Assembly (NCBI GenBank): GCA_039804105.1
Contig: JBDRZU010000001.1
Location: forward strand, 1,024,001 to 1,088,000
Length of the DNA stretch: 64,000 nucleotides
Source: a candidate division WOR-3 bacterium
Lineage (GTDB): Bacteria; Hydrothermota; 32-111
Reading direction: 5' to 3'
A model generated the notes under the pieces. It was not told the DNA's origin, did not search any database, and saw only the letters and a list, made by a program, of their open reading frames with translations. Position numbers and translations under genes: made by a program. Each line of letters starts with the position of its first letter. Position 1 is the stretch's first letter. Positions 18,006 to 29,166 of this stretch are shown one piece after another.

Positions 18006-19169
18006 TTACTGTTTGTATGGCGAAATTTTCCTTATTCTTTCAACAACTTCTTTTAGTTTTTCAACAGTATATTTTATTTCTTCTTCGGTATTATATTTGC
18101 TTAATGAAAATCTTATCGAACCATGACATGTTGCATGGTCTCTCCCCATAGCTTTTATAACATGGCTTGGTTCCAAACTCCCGGAAGTGCATGCTGAACC
18201 AGTTGAAACTCCTATTCCAAAATCGTTTAATGAGAAAAGTATCGACTCTCCTTCTATACCTTTAAAAGAATAGTTTAAAGTGTTAAAAACACTCTTTTCA
18301 GGTGTATTCAAAACTATCCCATCAATATTTTTTTCAATACCTTCTTTTAACATCATCTTCAATTTATAAATCTTTTCTTTATGTTCATCAAATTCTTCGT
18401 ATGCAATTTCAAGTGCCTTTGCAATACCCATAATGTATGGAACATTCTCAGTGGACGGTCTCAAATTTTTCTCATGATGTCCACCATGAAAAAGAGGTAT
18501 GGGATTGATCCCGGTTCTTTTATAAAGTATTCCAACACCTTTTGGAGCATGAAATTTGTGTCCTGATAATGACAGCATATCAACATTCAGTTTTTTTACA
18601 TCAAGTGGTAGTTTACCTGCTGCCTGAACTGCGTCAGTGTGAAAATATATTCCTTTCTCCTTTGCAATTTTTCCAATCTCCTCTATCGGTTGTATCGCTC
18701 CCGTTTCATTGTTTGCATACATAACAGAAATCAAAATCGTATCCTCTCTTATGAGAGATTTCAAATGATCAAGATCAATAATTCCATCACTTCCAACATT
18801 TACGAGCGAATATTCAAACCCTTCCTTCTTCGCAAGATATTCAACAGAATTCAAAACTGCATGATGCTCGATTGCGGATGTTATAATATGTTTACCTTTG
18901 TTCTGATATCTTCTTGCAACTCCTTTGATCGCTATGTTGTCTGACTCTGTTCCAGACCCGGTAAAGAAAACATCCTGCTCAGGACAGTTTAAAATTTTTG
19001 CAACTCTTTTCCTTGCGCTTTCTATAGCTTCTCTTGCCTGCTGTCCAAGATCGTATAGAGAAGATGGATTACCATAAATTTCAGTAAAATATTTTTGCAT
19101 TTCCTCAACAACCCTATCATCAACCCTCGTCGTCGCATTGTTATCAAGATAAACAAATTTCCTTTCCAT
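18006..19169 (-). CDS. iscS: Cysteine desulfurase NifS/IscS
   Basis: YLDNNATT, HTDAVQA, SGHKFHAPKG, STGSACTSG. Confidence 0.95.
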   Translation of the reverse strand: MERKFVYLDNNATTRVDDRVVEEMQKYFTEIYGNPSSLYDLGQQAREAIESARKRVAKILNCPEQDVFFTGSGTESDNIAIKGVARRYQNKGKHIITSAIEHHAVLNSVEYLAKKEGFEYSLVNVGSDGIIDLDHLKSLIREDTILISVMYANNETGAIQPIEEIGKIAKEKGIYFHTDAVQAAGKLPLDVKKLNVDMLSLSGHKFHAPKGVGILYKRTGINPIPLFHGGHHEKNLRPSTENVPYIMGIAKALEIAYEEFDEHKEKIYKLKMMLKEGIEKNIDGIVLNTPEKSVFNTLNYSFKGIEGESILFSLNDFGIGVSTGSACTSGSLEPSHVIKAMGRDHATCHGSIRFSLSKYNTEEEIKYTVEKLKEVVERIRKISPYKQ

Positions 19170-19568
19170 TTATTCTCCTTTTATAAAATTTTCAAGTGTA
19201 AAACTTTCAAGAACCTTATCAAGTTCTTTGTTCAACTTATTCATACTTGTACTGATTATACATTTATGTTTCTCAAGACAGATTTTTGAGTTATAACATT
19301 CAACAAATTTTTTTCTGTTCTCAATATCCACTACAAGTTTTTTCAAAGATATTTTTTTAGCATCAATATTTAAAGCATAACCACCCTGTGGTCCCATTTC
19401 ACTCTTTACATAACCCAACTTTAAAATTTTTGCGATTATTTTCCTTGTAAACGGCTTTGGAAAATTGATTATTGAAACAATGTCATTCAATGAAAGATAT
19501 TTACCTTGATTTTTACCAAGTGCTGTTAAAATTGCAATTGTACATTCGAGTTCTTTTGTTATTTTCAT
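19170..19568 (-). CDS. Rrf2 family transcriptional regulator (IscR-like)
   Basis: VKSEMGPQGGYAL wing and a three-Cys C-terminal cluster; leads the iscS-iscU genes. Confidence 0.85.
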   Translation of the reverse strand: MKITKELECTIAILTALGKNQGKYLSLNDIVSIINFPKPFTRKIIAKILKLGYVKSEMGPQGGYALNIDAKKISLKKLVVDIENRKKFVECYNSKICLEKHKCIISTSMNKLNKELDKVLESFTLENFIKGE

Positions 19569-19622
19569 ATTATACCTTTTAAGTATAATATAAACTAAAA
19601 AAACTAAAAGTCAATAGAGTTT

Positions 19623-20264
19623 TTATTTAAACAGAGCATAAAAAATTATGTTCGTTCCCATTTTGAACGACTCTATCCTTTTATATTCCGGATCCTTATA
19701 TTTTTCAGGATAAGTCCATCCATCAGAAATATTTGTATTGTAAAGGAACAGAATTCCGATTTTATCTTTAATGTATATAGCATAAACTTCAGGATTTCCT
19801 GGATAATGCTCATGCATTTTTGGAAATTTTTCCAGTTTAAAATATGTGTTCAGAAGTTCACACTCCTGTCCAAGTGGGAGTTTCACAAGTTCTCTATCAG
19901 GAAAAAGATCTGATAAAAATTTTCTTATATCCTTATCAAACCCATAATCATCATCAATAAGCAAAAAACCACCTTCAAGAATATATTCTCTTATGTTTTT
20001 TATATCTTCAATTTTATATTTCATTCCACCATGACCAACCATGAAAAGGAATGGATACTTTTTTATATTTTTATCTGAAAGTTCAAGAATTATCTCGTTT
20101 GTATCCATCTTTAATGGAGTATTCTGGTTAACATACTTTGCGAGCAACTTCAAATTTTCACCATCGTTATACCAATCTCCACCTTCATATTTTAACCTTA
20201 CTGGTGTAAAATCGAAAGAAAAAATGTTTATTGATAGACCTGTTAAAATGATTAAAACCATCAA
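19623..20264 (-). CDS. DUF4159-like protein
   Basis: RLKYEGGDWY, YPFLFMVGHG, GGFLLIDDDYG, MGTNIIFYAL. Confidence 0.8.
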   Translation of the reverse strand: MMVLIILTGLSINIFSFDFTPVRLKYEGGDWYNDGENLKLLAKYVNQNTPLKMDTNEIILELSDKNIKKYPFLFMVGHGGMKYKIEDIKNIREYILEGGFLLIDDDYGFDKDIRKFLSDLFPDRELVKLPLGQECELLNTYFKLEKFPKMHEHYPGNPEVYAIYIKDKIGILFLYNTNISDGWTYPEKYKDPEYKRIESFKMGTNIIFYALFK

Positions 20265-21421
20265 TCTAAAAATTTCCAGGAAAATCCTCCTTTTAAAAGG
20301 TATTCTTTACTTTCGAGAAAAAATTTTGAACCTATAAAAAATGATCCATCAACTATTTTAAAATTCAAAAAAACCTCAAACTCTTTCGAACTTTTATAAT
20401 CAAAGGTTGAAGACAGTTCAAAATTGTTCTTAAAAAAGTAACCTTTGAGTTTTGCTCTTAAATCGTAGTATAAAATTGTATCTTTGTAAACTATCGATTG
20501 AAAATCAAAAAATCTCGTTTCATATAGAAAACTCAAATTTGGACTGACTCTGTTCTTATAAAAAGGCATGAAATCGATATACAAATTTTTAGTGGTAAAT
20601 CTTAAACCAGTATTGAAAAACAAATCTTTTTCAGGATAGAAAAAATTAATATTCCCATAGATCGAAAACCATTGAAATATTCTCTGTAAAAGACCTGTTG
20701 TAAAATATAAACTCGAGTCATAAAAAAGTTCGAGATTATAGTTGGTTAAAGAAAAACTTCCAAAATATTTTGAGTATAAAAGATGTTGAAAATTTTTATC
20801 CTCTGGATCAAACTTTTCATACGAGTAAACATAAAAGTTTTTTGCGTACAGGAAAACTTTTGAAACGAATTTTTTTGAAAGATCATAACCGATTTTAGTT
20901 GAAAACAGATCGTTTTGATATCCTAAAAGAAGAGATTTTTCAAAATCACTTAATGATATCTCCCCTGTTAATAATTTGTAATTAAAAGTCATTTGGTTGC
21001 TATAATCATAAAGGTTTCCTGAAACAATTTGAAACTTAGAAAAACCTTTAAAAAATAAAACTGAATCATTCTTAAAAAGTGATGAATAGATTTTTGTAGT
21101 GAACCTATCAGATATAAGATTAACATCATAATTCAAAGATGATGGATTTTTATACTCATAGAATGAAAATCTTAAATCTTTCCTTCTATAAATATTTTCC
21201 AACTGAAAATCATAAAAGTTGTAATTCAAAACTAAATTTTTATTGTAAAAAATTTCACCTTCGGAAGAATAATTTTCGAAATCAAACATCGTATTTATTT
21301 TGTATCTGAACAGAAAATATGGATACCTTTCATAAGAATCTCCGGAGAACATATATGTATCGATTTTAAAAGAAAAAATAATCAAGGGAGAAAACAAAAT
21401 AAAAAATAAAATTTTTCTCAT
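20261..21421 (-). CDS. Hypothetical exported, beta-rich (possible outer-membrane) protein
   Basis: Signal-peptide-like N-terminus, aromatic-rich alternating strands, C-terminal GGFSWKFLD. Confidence 0.5.
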   Translation of the reverse strand: MRKILFFILFSPLIIFSFKIDTYMFSGDSYERYPYFLFRYKINTMFDFENYSSEGEIFYNKNLVLNYNFYDFQLENIYRRKDLRFSFYEYKNPSSLNYDVNLISDRFTTKIYSSLFKNDSVLFFKGFSKFQIVSGNLYDYSNQMTFNYKLLTGEISLSDFEKSLLLGYQNDLFSTKIGYDLSKKFVSKVFLYAKNFYVYSYEKFDPEDKNFQHLLYSKYFGSFSLTNYNLELFYDSSLYFTTGLLQRIFQWFSIYGNINFFYPEKDLFFNTGLRFTTKNLYIDFMPFYKNRVSPNLSFLYETRFFDFQSIVYKDTILYYDLRAKLKGYFFKNNFELSSTFDYKSSKEFEVFLNFKIVDGSFFIGSKFFLESKEYLLKGGFSWKFLD

Positions 21422-22014
21422 TTTCTTATAAATTCAAAAAGATCAATTGAAGTTATCTGTTTGAACATTTTTGTGAACAAAAAAATTGGGAAACCAACAA
21501 TATTGAAAAAGTCCCCTTCAATTTTTTCTATAAACATAGATGCCTCTTCCTGTACAGCATAACCACCTGCCTTATCAAGATAGGAAGCATTATTTATATA
21601 CCATTTCAACTCTTTATCAGAAATCTTTTTAAAATATACATCGGTTTTCGCAAAATCTGACAAAATTTTATTTTTATAAAAAAGAGTTATCCCTGTATAA
21701 ACCGAGTGTTTTCTTCCAGAAAGCATTCTCATCATTTTTAAACCATCATTTCTATCAGTTGGTTTTCCTATTATTTTTCTATCGATAAAAACTATGGTAT
21801 CAGCACCAATCACAAGTTGGTTTTCACTTTTTTCAACCGACTTTGCTTTTTCATAAGAACATAGAAGTACAAATTTTCGTGGGTCTTTTATTTCATTATG
21901 TTCTTCGGAGTGTGAATGTTTTGAGATTTTAAAATCAACACCAAGAGATTTCAAAAGTTCAATTCTTCTTTTCGATTCTGAAGCAAGAACTATTTCTATG
22001 TTATTTTTTCTCAT
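21418..22014 (-). CDS. maf: Maf family nucleotide pyrophosphatase
   Basis: [31 protein letters not shown]. Confidence 0.93.
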   Translation of the reverse strand: MRKNNIEIVLASESKRRIELLKSLGVDFKISKHSHSEEHNEIKDPRKFVLLCSYEKAKSVEKSENQLVIGADTIVFIDRKIIGKPTDRNDGLKMMRMLSGRKHSVYTGITLFYKNKILSDFAKTDVYFKKISDKELKWYINNASYLDKAGGYAVQEEASMFIEKIEGDFFNIVGFPIFLFTKMFKQITSIDLFEFIRK

Positions 22015-22495
22015 CTATCTTTCTCAACACTCGACAGGGATTACCTGCTGCGATAACATTATCAGGAATATCTTTTGTTACAACAGAACCTGCTCCAATA
22101 ATGCTGTTCTCTCCGACTGTAACATTTGAAAGAATGACAGCATTCGTTCCGATCGAAGCACCTTTCTTGATCAATGTTTTTTCAACTTTCCAATCTTTTT
22201 CTGTTTGCAATTCTCCCTGAGCGTTTGTTGCACGAGGATATTTGTCGTTGATAAACATAACACCATGACCTATAAAAACATTATCTTCGATTTCAACACC
22301 CTCACATATAAAAGAATGTGAAGAGATTTTACAGTTCTTTCCAATTATCGCATTTTTTTGTATTTCAACAAACGCACCAATCTTCGTGTTATCACCTATT
22401 GTGCATCCATAAAGATTTGTGAATTGATATATTTTCACATTTTTCCCAAGTTTTACATCATCCGATATACATCTGAAATCTTTTTCTTTGTCCAT
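22001..22495 (-). CDS. Hexapeptide-repeat (left-handed beta-helix) N-acetyltransferase
   Basis: Repeated IGxxxx hexapeptides, [21 protein letters not shown]. Confidence 0.88.
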   Translation of the reverse strand: MDKEKDFRCISDDVKLGKNVKIYQFTNLYGCTIGDNTKIGAFVEIQKNAIIGKNCKISSHSFICEGVEIEDNVFIGHGVMFINDKYPRATNAQGELQTEKDWKVEKTLIKKGASIGTNAVILSNVTVGENSIIGAGSVVTKDIPDNVIAAGNPCRVLRKIDEKK

Positions 22496-22510
22496 TTTTC
22501 CTCCATAGAT

Positions 22511-22539
22511 AAAAAAAAGGGGGAAGTGAACTTCCCCCT
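22511..22539 (-). terminator. Rho-independent terminator after hup
   Basis: AGGGGGAAGT-loop-ACTTCCCCCT hairpin followed by a T-run on the minus strand. Confidence 0.8.
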
Positions 22540-22558
22540 GAACAGTGTTTAATCCCTC

Positions 22559-22831
22559 TTACTTCACAGCATCTTTTAGTTTTGCGCCTGGTTTGAAGTG
22601 TGGAACTCTTTTTGCTTTGATCTTGATGACTTCTTTTGTCTGTGGGTTGATTCCCTTACGTGCTTTTCTGTTTTTCACTGAGAAGGTTCCAAAGCCGATC
22701 AATGTGACTGGTTTGTTCTTCTTCAATGATGTTGTGATTCCTTCAATCATTGCATCGATCGCCTCGTTTGCTGCTTTTTTGGAAATTCCCGCTTTCTTTG
22801 CGATTGCATCAATCATCTCTTTTTTGTTCAT
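22559..22831 (-). CDS. hup: DNA-binding protein HU
   Basis: MNKKEMIDAIA...GFGTFSV...RKGINPQT...PHFKPGAKLK. Confidence 0.97.
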   Translation of the reverse strand: MNKKEMIDAIAKKAGISKKAANEAIDAMIEGITTSLKKNKPVTLIGFGTFSVKNRKARKGINPQTKEVIKIKAKRVPHFKPGAKLKDAVK

Positions 22832-22926
22832 CCTTTCTCCTCCTTTTTATGGTTTACACTTTTATGTTATATCTTTTTATCGCATTTGTCAAGAGGGAAT
22901 CTTCAAAAAACCTCTCAAATAAAGGA

Positions 22927-24954
22927 TTATGGAAGAAGAGGTCCAAAAATTCCTTTATCTATAGATATTTCGGGAATCTCCTTAATTGAAATTTGAAAAT
23001 CGTATTTAAAAATATTTGCGTAAGAAGAAATCATAAATCTCGCTTGCCAACAGTGAAGAGAACGGTTCAAAGATGCCATGAATGAAACAAAATTCTTATC
23101 CTTTAAATTGTAGAGAGATGAGAATGTTGCATTCAAATTTTCTCCAACATTCAGACTCAAACTTCCATTTATTGAATTTGAAACAGTTGTATCATTTCTT
23201 TGTAAAAGATAACTCACACTTATATTCATCCTTTTAAATTCGTTAAAAGGATTGTAAATTTGCTCTGAGAAAGATAAAATGTAATTTTCAGAAATTTTTT
23301 TACTATAAATATTAACAGAATGGTTCATTTGAAAACTTATATTTTTTTCTGGAAATATATGATTAGAGATATTTATGTTTGAAAATGAATCTTTTGTAAA
23401 ATTATAAAAAAGATTAACATTGTTTCTTAAAAGTAAAATTTTTTCCTTTTCGGTCTTTCCTTCAAAAATGTTTGAAAAAGAAAATGATAACTTTCTTTCA
23501 TTTTTTAAACTATCAAAAGAGTTAAAATCTTTAAGAAAAGTTGTAGTACCACCTTCAAAACTCATTTCAGGAATGAATGTGTGTCTGAACTTTTGAAATG
23601 GTTTTAATGAAAAAATTGATGTTCCATAAATTTGAGTGTTCAGTTTTAAAGAGTACTTTCCATCTATAAAATTTTTTGCCAAAAATGAATCCGAATAAAA
23701 AGAAATGTTGTAATTTGGTAAAAAGTTCAGATAGTATAATATTTTGTAGTATGTATCAAAATTGTTTGTTATTTTCAAATTCAAATTTCTTTTCTCAAAA
23801 AGAGTATCCCTTAATACTGTTTGACTTATTGAATGTGAATTTTGATAATATATTCCATTTGGGATGAAATTGTTGATTCTGAAAAAATTCACTTTTTTAA
23901 AATATCCATTGTATATGGGCAGATTCATCCTTATTTCTTTTGTAGCAAAATTCTCTCTTCTGTCAAAACTTATGAAAGAATTATAGAAGTTGAAATTTTT
24001 TTGGATAGATACAAACGAATACGCTTCCCTTTTTAACCGAAGGACAAGAGTATCTGAATAATCGGTATATGTTGAAAAGTCAGATTCGAAATCGATTTTA
24101 CTTTTCAAATTTATATCATAAAAAAGTTTATGCGAGTAATCACCGGTTAGATTCCATCTTCTTTTGTTATCTCTTTCAAATATAAAATTACTCGTTAAAT
24201 TTAAAGAGAGTATCGGATGAAAAAGAACTCTTAACTCGTATCCGAAAAGATAACCCCTTTTTTGAATGTAATCAAAAGAAAAAGTCATATCAGAATAATC
24301 ATTTGTTGCCCAGAAATAAGAAAATTGTTTGATATAAAATCCATCAAGAGATGTATACCCTGGTTTTGGCATCAAAAAACCACTTTTTCTGATCGTTGCT
24401 ATTGGAATCACAAAGAACGGAATAGCAACCAAGGGAACCTCTTTCACAAAAAGCACTATTGGAAGTACCATCGCCCTATCTTCTCTGTAAAGAAAGGTCT
24501 TATATGAATAGAACCAATAGTCGGGCTCATCTTTTTTACATGTTGTGAACATTCCTTTATCTATTTCAAACTCATTTTCATTCTTTACATTTATTACCTC
24601 TCCACTGATTTGAAATTTCTGTATCTGTGTTTTTCCTCTGTAAACAAGTCCTGTTCTTTTTTTATAATTAAAATTTATTGAATCTGCTTCGATTCCAAAG
24701 TCATTAAATTCCATTTTGACTTTTCTATATGCAAAAAGTTTTGAAGAGTCAGGAAAAATTAAAAATGAATCAGCAAAGATTTTAAGCGAATCTGTTATAA
24801 TTTGGGAATTTCCTATAAGATAAACACTTTTATTTGCATTGTTGAAAATTATTTGTTCAGAATTAAAATTAACTTTTTCTTCTTTTGAATCCAGAAGCAG
24901 AAATATAAAAAAAAAACAAAAAAATATCTTTAACTTAAACTTCATCTCTCTCAA
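22927..24954 (-). CDS. lptD: LPS-assembly protein LptD-like
   Basis: OstA-like N-terminus, FTTC...PDY, RKSGFLMP, YFWATNDYSD, C-terminal RSLHCW. Confidence 0.8.
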   Translation of the reverse strand: MREMKFKLKIFFCFFFIFLLLDSKEEKVNFNSEQIIFNNANKSVYLIGNSQIITDSLKIFADSFLIFPDSSKLFAYRKVKMEFNDFGIEADSINFNYKKRTGLVYRGKTQIQKFQISGEVINVKNENEFEIDKGMFTTCKKDEPDYWFYSYKTFLYREDRAMVLPIVLFVKEVPLVAIPFFVIPIATIRKSGFLMPKPGYTSLDGFYIKQFSYFWATNDYSDMTFSFDYIQKRGYLFGYELRVLFHPILSLNLTSNFIFERDNKRRWNLTGDYSHKLFYDINLKSKIDFESDFSTYTDYSDTLVLRLKREAYSFVSIQKNFNFYNSFISFDRRENFATKEIRMNLPIYNGYFKKVNFFRINNFIPNGIYYQNSHSISQTVLRDTLFEKRNLNLKITNNFDTYYKILYYLNFLPNYNISFYSDSFLAKNFIDGKYSLKLNTQIYGTSIFSLKPFQKFRHTFIPEMSFEGGTTTFLKDFNSFDSLKNERKLSFSFSNIFEGKTEKEKILLLRNNVNLFYNFTKDSFSNINISNHIFPEKNISFQMNHSVNIYSKKISENYILSFSEQIYNPFNEFKRMNISVSYLLQRNDTTVSNSINGSLSLNVGENLNATFSSLYNLKDKNFVSFMASLNRSLHCWQARFMISSYANIFKYDFQISIKEIPEISIDKGIFGPLLP

Positions 24955-25429
24955 AAAAGAGAATCGATATTAAAAGTATAGCGATACCTATTGAAATCGA
25001 TGCATCCGCAATATTGAATATAGCAAATCTCCAACTCTTTGTTCCAAGATTTATAAAATCGGTGACAACACCCGCTTTTATTCTGTCATAGTTGTTTCCA
25101 AAAGCACCACCAACTATCATGGATAGTGCAATTATTTTTACAACGCTGAATTTTGTTTTCAAAAAATATATTAAAAGAATAAATATTGCAAGAATATTCA
25201 AAATAAGCATCGTCCAATAGTTTCCTATTTTTATAGAAAAAGCAACATTTGGGTTCAAAACATAAGTTAATTTAAAAAACCATCCCCAGACATCAACGGT
25301 TTCTCCAAGTTCAAGATTGTTCACAACAAGAATTTTTGTTAACCTGTCAAGAAACATTACAAGCAAAACTATCGGTAATCCCAAATTCATCTTTCTCTTA
25401 AAATCAATAATCCCAAACTTTTCCATCAT
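24935..25429 (-). CDS. lspA: Lipoprotein signal peptidase II
   Basis: DRLTK, NPNVAFS, GGAFGNNYDR, VTDFI, FNIADASI. Start placed at the ATG overlapping the dksA-like stop. Confidence 0.92.
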   Translation of the reverse strand: MMEKFGIIDFKRKMNLGLPIVLLVMFLDRLTKILVVNNLELGETVDVWGWFFKLTYVLNPNVAFSIKIGNYWTMLILNILAIFILLIYFLKTKFSVVKIIALSMIVGGAFGNNYDRIKAGVVTDFINLGTKSWRFAIFNIADASISIGIAILLISILFFERDEV

Positions 25430-25785
25430 TTTGCCTTTTCTGAACATTTTATGCAGAGTTTTGTGAATGGGAGTGCTTTTAATCTTTTTTGAGATATTTC
25501 CTCTCCACATATCTCACATATTCCGTATGTTCCATTTTGTAATCTCAAAAGTGCTTCATCGATTTCCCTTATTTCTTTAATCAGATCGTTCATATTTATT
25601 GAGGTTGTTTCAAGAGAAGCAGCATCTGTTCCTATATCAGCAGAATGGTAAGGATATGCTGATGTTTCAGAAGAGATGTATTCGTTTGAATTTAGCCTTT
25701 CCTGATATTCTTGTAGTATCTGTTGTTTTTCCTGTTTCATTTTTATCAGTTGTTGTTCGATCGCTTTTTTTGTTTTCTTATCCAT
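25426..25785 (-). CDS. TraR/DksA C4-type zinc finger protein
   Basis: HSADIGTD coiled-coil tip; YGICEICGEEI..RLKALP..LCIKC. Confidence 0.9.
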   Translation of the reverse strand: MDKKTKKAIEQQLIKMKQEKQQILQEYQERLNSNEYISSETSAYPYHSADIGTDAASLETTSINMNDLIKEIREIDEALLRLQNGTYGICEICGEEISQKRLKALPFTKLCIKCSEKAK

Positions 25786-25786
25786 A

Positions 25787-28543
25787 CTATTCCTCCATTT
25801 TTACTGCATTATAACATTTATCACATAGTTCAGGATGATCAGAGTGCTTGCCAACACTTTCAAGATGAAGCCAGCATCTTGCACACTTTTTTTCTTCCGC
25901 TTTTTCACTTTTCAAAACGAATTTGTTTTCTCCTTTTTCGACAGGTTCTCCATCATTGTCAACAAATTTTACATTTGAAACTATAAATAGCTGGAACAAA
26001 ATATCTTTATATTTTTCAAGGATTTTGTTACTATATTCATTCAATCCTTTTATCAAAAGATTTGCTTCAATTGATTTTCCTATGACATTTTCACTTCTCA
26101 ATTTTTCAAGTTGTGATAAAACTTTTTCCCTTATAAGATTCAAAATTTCAAAATCTTTTAATATGTTTTCGTCTTCAAGCCTGTAAATATCATCTGTCAA
26201 TATTTCAAAATGTATCGATTCTTTTTTTGATTTTTTGTTGAAATATTTGTACGCTTGCTCAACTGTAAATGGGATTATCGGTGCTATCAATTTTAACATA
26301 TCATCGAGTAAAATGTATAAAGTGAAAAGTCCTGATTTCCTTTCTTTTGAATTTTTTGGATATGTATACAATCTATCCTTCACTATATCAAGATAGAAAG
26401 ATGAAAGATCTGTAACAATAAACGAATAGAATTCTTTAAATACTTTATGAAATTCATAATCATCGTAGTTTTTAATTATCCTTTTTCTCATCTTTACATA
26501 GTTTGCAAGGATATACCTATCGATTGGATGCAAATCTTCTTTTGTAAGGTTAAAATCTTCAGGTTGACTATTTCCCAAATTTCCAAGCATAAATCTTATC
26601 GTGTTTCTGATTTTAAAATATGTTTCTTTTGAACTTGAAAGAAGTTCCTCTCCAAATGGAGCATCAGATGTATAGTCAACAGAAGAAAACCATAATCTTA
26701 TTATCTCAGCACCATATTTTTTACATATCGTTTCAGGTGAGAAAACATTTCCAAGAGATTTTGACATTTTTTTCATATTCTTATCAAGGATCAAACCGTG
26801 CGTCAAAACCTCTTTATAAGGGGCTTTTCCATCCGTCGCAGTTGAAACTATCAATGAGACCTGGAACCAACCTCTATGCTGATCAACCGCCTCAAGATAA
26901 AGGTCGGAAGGCCAGCGTAGTTCTTTTCTTTTTTTAACAACTGCAGAATGACTTAAAGAAGAATCAAACCAAACATCAAAAATGTTAGTTTCCTTTTCAA
27001 ATTCTGTTGAACCACACTTTTCGCATTTTAAATCTTTTGCAAAATAGGAAACATCTTTTTCAAACCAAATATCCGAACCCTCTTTTAAGATTATATCTCG
27101 TATTTTGTCAATCGTTTCTTTTTTGATATGTGGTGTTGAACATTTTTTACAATAGAATACGGGAATTGGAACACCCCAACTCCTCTGTCTTGAAAGGCAC
27201 CAATCGGGTCTGGTTTTTACCATATTATAGATTCTATCCTTTGACCAGACGGGAATCCATTTTGTGTTATCAATCTCCGAAAGAAGATTGTTTCTAAGGT
27301 TATTTTTTTCAACATCTAAAAACCATTGCTCTGTTGCTCTGAATATCAATTCACTTTTGCATCTCCAGCACACAGGATAAGAGTGGATAATTTTTTCAGC
27401 GAAGATCAAAGAACCTTCATTTTTCAAATCCTCAATGATGTGTGGGTTCGCTTCAAAAACATTCATTCCACCATATTTTTTGATTTCATCAAAAAATTTT
27501 CCTTCTTTGTTAACAGGACAAACTATTTCAAGGTCATTCTTGATTCCTGCCTGATAATCATCATATCCATGGCCTGGTGCGATATGAACTATACCTGTTC
27601 CAACATCGGTTGTAACAAAATCTGCTGTTATGACCTTTCCTTTTTTATTTTTGTCTATTGGATGTATATATTTTTTCCCAATGTATTTTTTTGAATCCGT
27701 TTCCTCAACAATTTTAAACTTATCATCTTTCAATTTTTCTTTTACCGTTTGGACAAGTTTTTTCATCATCACAAGTTTTCCAAAACTTGATTCAACCTCA
27801 ACATACTTTTCATCAGGATGAAATGCAATAGCCACATTAGCAGGTAAAGTCCATGGAGTTGTTGTCCAGATAAGGAAAAATTTGTCCTCATCTTCAAACT
27901 TAAATTTTACAAATATTGATGGAGATTCCTTATCTTCATATTCTATCTCATTTCCGGCAAGAGCGGTCTGACATTTCATACACCAATGTATAGGTCTTAA
28001 ACCTCTGTAAATGAAACCCTTTTCAACAAGTTTTCCAAAATTGTCCACTATATCGGCTTCATAATCATTAGACATTGTAATATAAGGGTTGTCCCAATCA
28101 CCAAAAACCCCTAACCTTTTGAATTCAACTTTTTGAGTGTTCACAAATTTTGACGCATAATCTCTACATTTTTTTCTCAATTCAAGAACAGATGTTTCTT
28201 TTAATTTTGGCCCCAATTCTTTTGTAACATTGTGTTCGATAGGCATTCCATGACAATCCCAACCTGGGATGTATGGTGTTTTGTACCCTCTGATACTTTT
28301 ATATTTGATTATAAAATCTTTCAGAATTTTATTGAACGCTGTTCCAATATGTATATGTCCATTTGCGTATGGTGGCCCATCATGTAAAACATAAAGTTCT
28401 TTATCTTCCCTCTCTTTTAAAAGTTTGTTATAGACATCAATCGAATCCCAATACTTCAAAATTTCCTCTTCCAGAACTGGAAGGTTAGCTTTCATTGGGA
28501 AGTCAGTTTTTGGCAAATTCAAACTATCCTTATAATCCATCAC
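25787..28543 (-). CDS. ileS: Isoleucine--tRNA ligase
   Basis: LHDGPPYANG, GWDCHG, WTTTPWTLP, DWCLSRQR, KMSKS and a C-terminal zinc finger. Confidence 0.98.
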   Translation of the reverse strand: MMDYKDSLNLPKTDFPMKANLPVLEEEILKYWDSIDVYNKLLKEREDKELYVLHDGPPYANGHIHIGTAFNKILKDFIIKYKSIRGYKTPYIPGWDCHGMPIEHNVTKELGPKLKETSVLELRKKCRDYASKFVNTQKVEFKRLGVFGDWDNPYITMSNDYEADIVDNFGKLVEKGFIYRGLRPIHWCMKCQTALAGNEIEYEDKESPSIFVKFKFEDEDKFFLIWTTTPWTLPANVAIAFHPDEKYVEVESSFGKLVMMKKLVQTVKEKLKDDKFKIVEETDSKKYIGKKYIHPIDKNKKGKVITADFVTTDVGTGIVHIAPGHGYDDYQAGIKNDLEIVCPVNKEGKFFDEIKKYGGMNVFEANPHIIEDLKNEGSLIFAEKIIHSYPVCWRCKSELIFRATEQWFLDVEKNNLRNNLLSEIDNTKWIPVWSKDRIYNMVKTRPDWCLSRQRSWGVPIPVFYCKKCSTPHIKKETIDKIRDIILKEGSDIWFEKDVSYFAKDLKCEKCGSTEFEKETNIFDVWFDSSLSHSAVVKKRKELRWPSDLYLEAVDQHRGWFQVSLIVSTATDGKAPYKEVLTHGLILDKNMKKMSKSLGNVFSPETICKKYGAEIIRLWFSSVDYTSDAPFGEELLSSSKETYFKIRNTIRFMLGNLGNSQPEDFNLTKEDLHPIDRYILANYVKMRKRIIKNYDDYEFHKVFKEFYSFIVTDLSSFYLDIVKDRLYTYPKNSKERKSGLFTLYILLDDMLKLIAPIIPFTVEQAYKYFNKKSKKESIHFEILTDDIYRLEDENILKDFEILNLIREKVLSQLEKLRSENVIGKSIEANLLIKGLNEYSNKILEKYKDILFQLFIVSNVKFVDNDGEPVEKGENKFVLKSEKAEEKKCARCWLHLESVGKHSDHPELCDKCYNAVKMEE

Positions 28544-29166
28544 TCCTCCGTATTAAAGAATCTATCTCCAGCATCCCCAAGTCCTGGGATGATATAGCCG
28601 TTTTCGTTGAGTTTTTCATCAACTGCAACAGTGTATATATCAAGATTTGGTGTTGACTCCTGAACCGCTTTCAACCCTTCTGGAGCTGAAATTATACTTA
28701 TTACAGCATCGGGTTTCACATTGTATCCTGATAGTATTTCAACTGTTTTTATTATTGATCCACCTGTTGCAAGCATCGGATCGAGAATAAAAACAGAATA
28801 GTTGTTAATATTTTTGGGCAAGTTAACATAGTATGTTATCGGTTTTAATATATGTTCATCTCTTTTTAGTCCAATCATTCCAACATGTGTCTTTGGATAA
28901 AACTTTCTAATAAGTGGAATCATTCCAATTCCCGCTCTTAAAATTGGAACAAGAAGAATCTCTTTTTTTATGAATTCACATTCGATCTCTTTAAATGGAG
29001 TTTCAACTTTTGATTTTTTTGTTAAAAGATTTTTTGTTGCTTCAAGAAAGAGAATCAAAGAAAGTTCTTCAAGATTTTTTGAAAAAATATCGGAACTTGT
29101 TTTTTTATCTCTTAAAATTGCAAGTTTTTCAAGAGCAAGTGGATGTTTTATTTCATGAATAGTCAT
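28540..29166 (-). CDS. upp: Uracil phosphoribosyltransferase
   Basis: VPILRAG, LDPMLATGGS, YIIPGLGDAGDR. Confidence 0.97.
   Translation of the reverse strand: MTIHEIKHPLALEKLAILRDKKTSSDIFSKNLEELSLILFLEATKNLLTKKSKVETPFKEIECEFIKKEILLVPILRAGIGMIPLIRKFYPKTHVGMIGLKRDEHILKPITYYVNLPKNINNYSVFILDPMLATGGSIIKTVEILSGYNVKPDAVISIISAPEGLKAVQESTPNLDIYTVAVDEKLNENGYIIPGLGDAGDRFFNTEE

Noticed and set aside
22545..22922. 125-aa + strand ORF
   Set aside because: Antisense shadow of the highly conserved hup gene.
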